In this document: positions 20,823-28,639 of the stretch, one piece after another | How the letters are laid out: each line of letters begins with the position of its first letter | How positions within the stretch are numbered: position 1 is the first letter of the stretch | DNA from: an uncultured Bacteroidales bacterium | Lineage (GTDB): Bacteria > Bacteroidota > Bacteroidia > Bacteroidales > VadinHA17 | Length of the DNA stretch: 64,000 nt | Direction: 5' to 3' | NCBI GenBank assembly: GCA_963765005.1 | Contig: CAVXUP010000009.1 | Location: 269,609-333,608 of the forward strand | Notes under the pieces: generated by a model | What the model was told of the DNA's origin: nothing | The model's input: only the letters and a program-made list of their open reading frames with translations | Databases searched by the model: none | Translations under genes and position numbers: made by a program

Positions 20823-22157
20823 ATGGATATGAACAATCAATATGTCAGCAATGTGATTGATCTCACTGAGCCGGGGAAAAATGTAATATACAATATGACC
20901 CACGAGGAAGCAGTCAATATACTAAAGACCGGAGATACTGAAGGAGTGAGGAGAATCGACGGTAATTTTTCCCTGGTCTCCGTTGAAGGAAAGACAATCA
21001 GGATGGCAAGGTCAATCGGCCGTCCGATTCGATATTTCATCGCTAAACGGCCTGCCGGGCCGAACCTGGTTATTGCAGAACGTATCGATACGATTTACGA
21101 TTATCTTAAAAAAGAGGGACTTGAGGATCAGTTCCATCCATCATATACAAGAATGGCGCCAGCTCATTATATAACAAAGATTGAGCTTCTTGGCTGCCCC
21201 GATCCGAACCCTGTATACAGCAGGTTTTTTACTCCTGAGCGAAACAGCCTAAACGCTGAGAACCCGGCTCAGATTGGTGAAAAATACATGTCTGCTCTTT
21301 ACAACGAAATAAAGAAGTGGCTGAAGAAGACTGCAACAACAGGACCTGTAGGCGTCACATTCTCAGCCGGCGTGGACAGCGGATCAGTGTTCCTCCTTAC
21401 CTATCATGCTCTCAGGGAGCTAGGAGAAAGTCCTTCCCGGCTAAAAGCATTCACCCTGTCGATAGAAGGTGAAGGAGCTGACCTGATACAGGCCCGAAAA
21501 TTTCTCGAAGCGCTGAACCTTGAAATGTTCCTTGAACCAGTTGAGCTTGACTATACCGCTCTCAACTGGAAAAATGCCGTCAGGATTGTAGAGGATTATA
21601 AACCACTCGATATTCAGTCTGCCACAATGAACCTTTCACTTCTTCAGGGAATCCGCTCACGATATCCCGACTGGAAACATCTTATCGATGGAGATGGAGG
21701 TGATGAGAATCTTAAGGACTATCCCATTGAAGAAAATCCGGAACTCACAATCCGCAGCGTTCTTAATAACCTGATGCTTTACCACGAGGGCTGGGGAGTT
21801 GATTCAATAAAACACTCTCTGACCTATACAGGCGGGCTTAGCAGAGGATACATGCGATCGTATGCAACAATGGATAGCCTCGGCTTTAATGGATTCAGTC
21901 CATATACACTGCCAAATGTTATAGAAATTTCAGAAGGTATCCCATATATTGATATGACCGGCTGGGATCACCAGAAGCTTTATGAGCTGAAAGGAAAAAT
22001 CGTAGCTTATGGAATCAAGGCAGTGACCGGCATGGATATGCCTCTCTTCCCAAAAAGACGTTTCCAGCATGGTGCAGCATCACCTGAAGATTTCAGATCT
22101 GCCTTTCCTGCAAAGGAAACAGAATACAGGAAGGAGTTCCTTTCAGCTTATGAATGA
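20823..22157 (+). CDS. Asparagine-synthetase-like ATP-pyrophosphatase (PP-loop adenylating enzyme) lacking the Ntn-glutaminase Cys
   Basis: PP-loop GVTFSAGVDSGSVFLL. AsnB-like IDGDGGDENLKDY. The N-terminus is MDMNNQ (no Cys2). The TTG start at 20778 in the ORF track lies inside the heptamer array. Confidence 0.8.
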   Translation: MDMNNQYVSNVIDLTEPGKNVIYNMTHEEAVNILKTGDTEGVRRIDGNFSLVSVEGKTIRMARSIGRPIRYFIAKRPAGPNLVIAERIDTIYDYLKKEGLEDQFHPSYTRMAPAHYITKIELLGCPDPNPVYSRFFTPERNSLNAENPAQIGEKYMSALYNEIKKWLKKTATTGPVGVTFSAGVDSGSVFLLTYHALRELGESPSRLKAFTLSIEGEGADLIQARKFLEALNLEMFLEPVELDYTALNWKNAVRIVEDYKPLDIQSATMNLSLLQGIRSRYPDWKHLIDGDGGDENLKDYPIEENPELTIRSVLNNLMLYHEGWGVDSIKHSLTYTGGLSRGYMRSYATMDSLGFNGFSPYTLPNVIEISEGIPYIDMTGWDHQKLYELKGKIVAYGIKAVTGMDMPLFPKRRFQHGAASPEDFRSAFPAKETEYRKEFLSAYE

Positions 22158-23121
22158 GGAAAATCAGCTGCTTATCACCGACAGGTGGATAATATCGGCC
22201 AGGGGAACAAAGAATCCTGTTGACACCAGCAGGCCCTATGGCTGTATGGTTGAGAAGGAACTAACAGCTTCAGGTAAACTTGAGGATACTGCCATTATCT
22301 TCCTTACCAATATGGAATGCCCTTTCCACTGCCTGATGTGTGACCTTTGGAAGAACACTACTGACCAGCCTGTTCCGCCTGGTGCCATCCCTGTGCAGAT
22401 AGAATATGCACTTGCTCAGCTCCCTGAGGTAAAGCATGTAAAACTATATAACAGCGGTAGTTTTTTCGATACAAGGGCTATTGCTGAAAATGAGTATGAA
22501 AAGATTGCCTCCCTCCTTTCGGGTTTCGACACTGTTATTGTTGAAAGCCATCCCCGGTTTATAGATAAGAAGTGCGTACGCTTCAGGGATATGATAAGCG
22601 GTGAACTTGAGATAGCAATCGGACTGGAGGCAGCTGATGATGAGATGCTCAGAAGGATTAACAAGAGGATGACAACGGATGAGTTCAGGCAAGCGGTCAG
22701 ATTTCTTCGTGAAAATGATATCAGAACCAGGGCATTCATTCTTCTGAGGCCACCTTTCCTTTCAGAGGAAGAGGGAATTGAAATGGCCGAAAGGTCATTG
22801 CGTTTTGCATTCAGCACCGGAGTTGAATGCTGCACTGTCATTCCGGTAAGGCCGGGAAACGGGGCCATTAATATTCTCCGGGAAAAAGGATCTTACACAC
22901 CCCCGGATATTGGCTCGCTTGAGAGGGTACTTGAATATGGGATCAGCCTTGGTGCGGGACGCGTATTTGCAGATACATGGGATCTGAAACTCTTTTCGAA
23001 GTGCGGTAAATGCCTCGGTCGTAAAACGGACAGGATCATAGAAATGAATAACACTCAAAAGATAGCTGACCCGGTAGAATGTATGTGTAATGTTGAGTCT
23101 CCTGGTCTCAGCAGACCTTAA
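22150..23121 (+). CDS. Radical SAM enzyme (ELP3/TIGR01210/RaSEA-like class)
   Basis: CxxxCxxC in NMECPFHCLMCDLW. Also LYNSGSFFD, VESHPRFID, IGLEAADDEMLRRINKRMTTDEF. ATG 22150 overlaps the upstream stop (ATGAATGA), which suggests translational coupling. Confidence 0.85.
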   Translation: MNEENQLLITDRWIISARGTKNPVDTSRPYGCMVEKELTASGKLEDTAIIFLTNMECPFHCLMCDLWKNTTDQPVPPGAIPVQIEYALAQLPEVKHVKLYNSGSFFDTRAIAENEYEKIASLLSGFDTVIVESHPRFIDKKCVRFRDMISGELEIAIGLEAADDEMLRRINKRMTTDEFRQAVRFLRENDIRTRAFILLRPPFLSEEEGIEMAERSLRFAFSTGVECCTVIPVRPGNGAINILREKGSYTPPDIGSLERVLEYGISLGAGRVFADTWDLKLFSKCGKCLGRKTDRIIEMNNTQKIADPVECMCNVESPGLSRP

Positions 23122-23221
23122 TGGTAAATTAAAAAAATATTCTAACTTTATTTTGATCTGAAATTATGCAGGGTGGCAATAATTCCATAAGTTCACATTC
23201 TTTTTAGTTATTCATTAATTG

Positions 23222-24787
23222 ATGATGTCATTCAGGGAAATATATAAAATACCTGTTCTTATAATCTGCCTGCTTCTGGCAGCAGCCTGCAACAGGGATA
23301 TCAGCAGGGATGCAGTTCCCGTGGAACGCAAACCGGTTCTGGAACCCGATTATACAGACGTGACTATTCCCCGTAATATAGCTCCCATGAATTTTGTAAT
23401 TAAGGAGGAAGGAAAATCATTTACATTAGTTGCAACATCGGAAAAAACAGGAAAAACCATTAAGATAAACGCATCAAACGGGAAGGTCAGGTTCAGTGAA
23501 AGATCATGGAAAAACTTACTTGCCGGATCAAGTGACGATACTATCAGGTTCCAGGTATATTCATCAGGAGGATCTGGAAACAGCAATGTGAAGTATAATC
23601 CTTTTTTTATGGCTGTTTCAGGTGATCCCATTGACCCCTGGCTTGTTTACCGGTTAATCCACCCCGGATACTATAGCTGGTCAGATATAAAGATTGTCCA
23701 GAGATCGATTGAAAGTTTCAGGCAGCAGTCTGTTGTCGAAAACCAGGTTATTGAAAAAAACTGTATCAATTGCCATTCGTTTAATAATAACAGTGCTGAC
23801 AGGTTCATGATCCACATGAGGGGCTCCAGGGGCGGTACATATTTTGTTGAGGATGGAAAGATTACCAGGACAGAACCAAAGACTGATGCAATGCCGGGCG
23901 GAGCTACATATCCGTCGTGGCACCCCGAAGGGCGATTTGTTGCATTTTCGTCGAACCAGGTGAGGCAGAGTTTTTATTCTCAGCCAGAAAAGAACATTGA
24001 GGTCTTTGACCTTGTATCATCGCTTGTTTTATACGACAGAAAGGATAATAAAACTATCAGCATTACCGATAATGATACCACAAAATACCTTCAAACCTTC
24101 CCGTCGTGGTCACCTGACGGCAAATACCTCTATTTTTGCAGAGCGCTTCAGATAATTAACAGTTCAGACCCGGGGATTGAACAGATAAGGAATACTCATT
24201 ACGACCTGGCAAGGAAATCCTTTGATCCTGAGACCGGGTCCTTCGGTGAGACAGAAATTGTTTTTAATGCAGCAGGAATAAACAAGAGCGCATCTTTTCC
24301 GAGGATCTCTCCTGATGGAAGGTCACTTGTTTTTACCCTTCACGACTATGGTACCTTCCCTATATGGCACAAGGAAGCTGATCTCTATACGCTTGACATG
24401 CAAAACGGAGGAGCAAGAAAGATGGCTGTCAACAGTGATGAGACTGAAAGCTATCACTCATGGTCATCCAATAGCCGCTGGCTTGTATTCAGCAGTAAAA
24501 GGGTTGATGGAAGAAGTGCCAGACCGTATTTTGCTCATATCGACTCTGCCGGCAACCAGGGGAAGGAATTTGTTCTTCCTCAAAAGGATCCTGAGCTTTA
24601 TGACAGGATGCTGGAATCCTTCAATATTCCTGAATTGGTTAACGGAAAGATTAAAATAACACCCAGGGACATAGCTAAAGCATCAAGGCAGGAAGCTTTA
24701 AAAGCTAAGAACGGTAATCCGGTAAATGGTGTAAAAGAAGCACAGCCCGAGGTAAAACTTAAAGTCAACGAAAGAGCAATTCATTAA
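23222..24787 (+). CDS. Lipoprotein with an N-terminal mono-haem c motif and a TolB/PD40-like beta-propeller
   Basis: Lipobox LLAAACNRD. CxxCH in EKNCINCHSFNN. PD40-like blades PSWHPEGRFVAFSSNQ, PSWSPDGKYLYFCR, PRISPDGRSLVFTLHD, HSWSSNSRWLVFSSKR. Confidence 0.75.
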   Translation: MMSFREIYKIPVLIICLLLAAACNRDISRDAVPVERKPVLEPDYTDVTIPRNIAPMNFVIKEEGKSFTLVATSEKTGKTIKINASNGKVRFSERSWKNLLAGSSDDTIRFQVYSSGGSGNSNVKYNPFFMAVSGDPIDPWLVYRLIHPGYYSWSDIKIVQRSIESFRQQSVVENQVIEKNCINCHSFNNNSADRFMIHMRGSRGGTYFVEDGKITRTEPKTDAMPGGATYPSWHPEGRFVAFSSNQVRQSFYSQPEKNIEVFDLVSSLVLYDRKDNKTISITDNDTTKYLQTFPSWSPDGKYLYFCRALQIINSSDPGIEQIRNTHYDLARKSFDPETGSFGETEIVFNAAGINKSASFPRISPDGRSLVFTLHDYGTFPIWHKEADLYTLDMQNGGARKMAVNSDETESYHSWSSNSRWLVFSSKRVDGRSARPYFAHIDSAGNQGKEFVLPQKDPELYDRMLESFNIPELVNGKIKITPRDIAKASRQEALKAKNGNPVNGVKEAQPEVKLKVNERAIH

Positions 24788-26565
24788 TGAAGAAAATGAT
24801 TATAAAAACAGAAATCCGGGAAAGGGATATCTTCTTGTCGCTGGGAGTATTCTTTCTTGCTGCATTTGGATACTTCTGTTTTATTTCCAACTACGTTTTG
24901 TTCTTTCAGGAAACACAGTCACTGTTCACCTTCTCTTCTGAATATCTGCAGAAATCGATGCAGAAACCCGGAGGCCTGCTTGAGTATGCTGCAAGGTTCC
25001 TCATGCAATTCTACCACGGGAAGATAGCCGGGTCTGTTATACTTGCCGTCATCCTTACATTACCCGGATTAATACTGCATGCAATAAACAAACGGTTGAT
25101 TCCGGGAAATCCTTTCAGGCTTTTATTAATGCTAATTCCCTCCTTAATGCTGCTCCTGATGCAGGGGAATTATTTTCATCTTATGGAGTATAATCTTGGA
25201 TTTGTGATGATTCTGGGTTATTATCATTTTTCATTACCCTCAGATAACAGACTTCGTCAGATCATTGTAATAATACTATTTCCCATATTCTATTTCATCG
25301 CTGGTTCCTTTGCACTGGTCTTTATGATCATGTATCTCATCCACAATTTCTTTTTAGTGAAAAGCAGGCAACAGCGTCTTTTTTCAATTTTCCTGACAGC
25401 AGTAGCTGCTCTTTCATTTCTGATATTATGGAAACTAATTCTTCTGCAACCTGTTGAACAGTTCCTACTGTCGCCATTGCCTCTGCTGAAAAATAATTTA
25501 TACAGAGCAACATTCATCATTCTTGGCGGCTACATAATTTTTTACCCGCTGATATGCATAATTGCAAGCAAGTCAAAAGACAGCTGGTTTTCCGGTCCGG
25601 TATTCAGACTGATATCAATAACAGCTGTTTCTGCTGCCACTATTTTCATTTTATTCAATACGTACAACACTCAAACGTCCAGGGTAGTAGAACTTCAGAG
25701 ATTGATTTTTGAAGGAAAACCGGAGGAAGCTTTAAGGTTCCATGAAAAGAAACCATCAAGAAACCTGATCGGACAATATTTCTACAATATTGCACTTTCA
25801 GAGACTGATCAGCTTTGCGACAGAATGTTCAGCGGAAATCAGGATTTCGGAACCGGCGCCCTCGTTCTTCCATGGGGAGATGAGCATCTGAACAGGGGAG
25901 CCTATTTCTATTATTCGATTGGATTGATAAATGAAGCCCACAGGTGGGCCTATGAAGAGATGGTTGTATACGGCCAGCGACCCCAGAATATTGAGTTGCT
26001 TGCAAAAACAAGCCTGATCAGTGGCAAGTATACCATGGCCAGAAAGTATCTCAATATTCTTAAAAGAACAGTATATTACCGGAAGGAGGCACTGGAACTT
26101 GAAAAACTGGCAGACAATCCAGAGCTGATAAGGTCACATCCTGAGTTGGGATCGAAGCAGAGTATCCTTCCCAGGGAGAGTTTTTTCATACAGTTCAACG
26201 AACCTCAGACCAATCTTCCCCTCATACTTCAGGCACAACCGGATAACAGAAAGGCTTTTGAGTACTATATGGCGGGACTGCTTCTGACAAAGAATGTAGA
26301 GACTGTCATGACTAATGTCCCCAAAATGAAGACCATAGGCTATACCAGGATTCCCAGGCATATTGAAGAGGCTATCCTGATATATTTCAATAGCACCAGA
26401 GTGATGCCTGACCTGGGAGGAATGACCATTAATCCGGAAACGAAACTGCGCTTTGATCATTATTTTGCTTCCTATGTTGAAGCCAGAAAAAATCCATCCA
26501 CGCTGAAGGAGAAGATGCAAAAGCAGTTTGGAGATACTTTCTGGTATTACTTTCATTTCAATTAG
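24787..26565 (+). CDS. Polytopic membrane protein (about 9-10 TM) with a soluble helical C-terminal domain; resembles the Bacteroidota family I know as DUF6057
   Basis: Many hydrophobic segments in aa 15-300, then a soluble domain of about 290 aa (TPR-like helices). The start overlaps the upstream stop (TAATG). The family assignment is from memory and was not verified. Confidence 0.55.
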   Translation: MKKMIIKTEIRERDIFLSLGVFFLAAFGYFCFISNYVLFFQETQSLFTFSSEYLQKSMQKPGGLLEYAARFLMQFYHGKIAGSVILAVILTLPGLILHAINKRLIPGNPFRLLLMLIPSLMLLLMQGNYFHLMEYNLGFVMILGYYHFSLPSDNRLRQIIVIILFPIFYFIAGSFALVFMIMYLIHNFFLVKSRQQRLFSIFLTAVAALSFLILWKLILLQPVEQFLLSPLPLLKNNLYRATFIILGGYIIFYPLICIIASKSKDSWFSGPVFRLISITAVSAATIFILFNTYNTQTSRVVELQRLIFEGKPEEALRFHEKKPSRNLIGQYFYNIALSETDQLCDRMFSGNQDFGTGALVLPWGDEHLNRGAYFYYSIGLINEAHRWAYEEMVVYGQRPQNIELLAKTSLISGKYTMARKYLNILKRTVYYRKEALELEKLADNPELIRSHPELGSKQSILPRESFFIQFNEPQTNLPLILQAQPDNRKAFEYYMAGLLLTKNVETVMTNVPKMKTIGYTRIPRHIEEAILIYFNSTRVMPDLGGMTINPETKLRFDHYFASYVEARKNPSTLKEKMQKQFGDTFWYYFHFN

Positions 26566-26578
26566 GACACCCCCTCAT

Positions 26579-26845
26579 ACAACATCAATAAAAGGATCTT
26601 CTTTTAAACATGTAAGGGCGCAATATTTTCGCCTACAACATTAATGAAAAGGATCTTCTTTTAAACATGTAAGGGCGCAAAATTTTGCGCCCCTACAACA
26701 TTAATGAAAGGATCTTATGTAAAACATGTAAGGGCGCAATATTTTGCGCCCCTACAACATTAATGAAAGGATCTTATGTAAAACATGTAGGGGCGCAAAA
26801 TTTTGCGCCCCTACAACAATATTTAAAAGGATCTTCCTATCAATA
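26579..26845. repeat. Tandem array (4 full copies plus 1 partial) of a 56-60 bp unit, each carrying a GC-rich palindrome
   Basis: Units start at 26579, 26635, 26695, 26754 and 26813 (ACAACATTAATGAAAGGATCTTATGTAAAACATGTAGGGGCGCAAAATTTTGCGCCCCT). A perfect 24-bp palindrome aggggcgcaaaattttgcgcccct lies at 26789-26812. The array sits between convergent genes. Confidence 0.95.
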
Positions 26846-28607
26846 TGCAGGGTCCTGTACAAGGACACCTTTCTGAAGGTCGATCTGATCCTGTGGCAAT
26901 GGCCAGAAATCATTCTTGGTCGGATTGAAGACAGCGCCAATCATGAATTTCCTGAACTGTGAATCCTTGGCAATATAAGCAGGAATAACCGTTCCCAGAA
27001 GGTTCCATCTCCTCAGGTCGAAGAAACGACGGTTTTCTGTAGCAAATTCAAGCCTCATCTCCTCACTGACAGCCTTTCGGGCTTCAGCCTGAGTAGCGAA
27101 TGCTGCTGCTCCCGCCGGGTAAGGTTCAACCTTATAGTTAGCTGCAGGCTTTGTGTAGTCAACAACAGGGCTATTAGCAAGGTTTGCATATGTTGTGCAG
27201 AGGCCCATTACAGGGGTGCTTGTTTTGGCACGGTTACGGATCTGATTCACAAGTGTCCTTGCAAGTTCAAGATCAGCAGGAGTTCCTGCTTCTACAGCAA
27301 CTTCTGCTCGCCACAGAATAATATGAGCAAGACGGTACATCCTGTAATTTTTACCGTTATCAAAGCCTGTTCCGCTGGCATTCAACGACTGCTCTTCCTT
27401 TTTGTGCATGTATTTCTTTGTCATATAAGGACCGCCGTTATTCTGTTCACGGATCCAGGAGTTTCCAACATGAATTCCCCAGCCCAGATAATCAACGCCG
27501 CGACGGGCAATTGTCCAGTCAACGCGTGGGTCCAGTTCTGCTGTTGTAGGAACGAAGTTATCAGCGCTTCCTTTACCCATATCATTGGCAAGTACAGCTC
27601 TGGCAGAAGGATCAAGTATTGGCAAACCGTTGGCATCTACCTGGTAAGCTTCAAAAAGATCCTGTGAGGGCTGAAAGAATCCCCAGCCGCCGCAACTTGC
27701 AGGACCGGCCTGGTGCATGCAGGGACCTGCAAGCATCATAGCCTGCTGGCTTGTACCTGTTGTTGCGCACTGCAGTTCGAAGATAGACTCTTTATTGTTT
27801 TCGTGAGTCATATCGAAATTCCAGTAGAAATCAACAAGTCCGAATGCTGTATTTGCCAGGATGTCATCAAGCAATGGCTTTGCAGAACTGAATTTATTCT
27901 GTGCCATAAAAACATCGGCCTTAACTGCTTCGGCAGCATACTTTGTAATACGACCCGCTTCGTTCTTGATTTTTGTAGTCGGGAGGTTGTCAATCGCAAA
28001 CTGAAGGTCAGCTTCAATCCCGGTCCATCCCCGATCAGTGTTAGGAACCTGCTCAGGCAGAGTAGTACCTAAGTTCTGTCACAGTTTTGATATAGGGGAT
28101 ATTCTCGAATACCTTGTTAGCCTCGAAGTGGAACCAGGCCCTGAGGAATTTTGCTTCAGCTTCGATCTGTTTTGCCCTTGTATCATCAATAGGCGCTGCA
28201 GTTTTCTGAGTTGCCCAAAGTGCTTCAAGAACAACGTTTGAACGGGCGACACCGTTATAGCTATCCCTCCATCTTTCGCGCATGTATGGATTGCTTGGCA
28301 ATGCTTCATATCTCTCGACTTCGTTGTAAGCGCTCTGGTCGCCTGCTGATGTACCTTTGTAAGCATCATCAGAAGCGCCGCTTGCATAGGTCCAGTCCGT
28401 TCCCATTGCTGCTCCAAACCTGCCGGTATCCTTTGTAGCCTGGTAAGTTGAAATCAGGAGAGCTTCAACACCGTCCTTTGTATTCATCTGTGAAGCTGAT
28501 GCTACCCCCGGAGGCTCCTTTGTAAGGAAGTCTTCACTGCAGGAATATGTCATCAGCAGACTTGTGATGAACAGGACAGTAAACAATAAATTGATTTTTT
28601 TCTTCAT
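26840..28607 (-). pseudogene. SusD/RagB-family lipoprotein with a single frameshift near nt 28070-28085
   Basis: ORF 28053..28607 has lipobox LLMTYSCSEDFL and SusD N-terminal helices (RAKQIEAEAKFLRAWFHFEANKVFENIPYI). The protein continues in another frame (my translation: LGTTLPEQVPNTDRGWTGIEADLQFAIDNLPTTKIKNEAGRITKYAAEAVKADVFMAQNKF), joining ORF 26840..27907 (...RRFFDLRRWN...). Confidence 0.8.
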
Positions 28608-28639
28608 AACTCTAATTTTAAATGTTTAAAACATATTTG

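Noticed and set aside
26579-26845. Possible CRISPR array, because of regularly spaced palindromic repeats.
   Set aside because: The whole 56-60 bp unit repeats head-to-tail, so there are no unique spacers. There are only about 4.5 copies and no cas genes in the window.
26685-26962. Two overlapping ORFs (63 and 72 aa) that both begin MRPYNINERILCKTC.
   Set aside because: They are translations of successive copies of the 59-bp tandem repeat, so the identical N-termini are an artefact.
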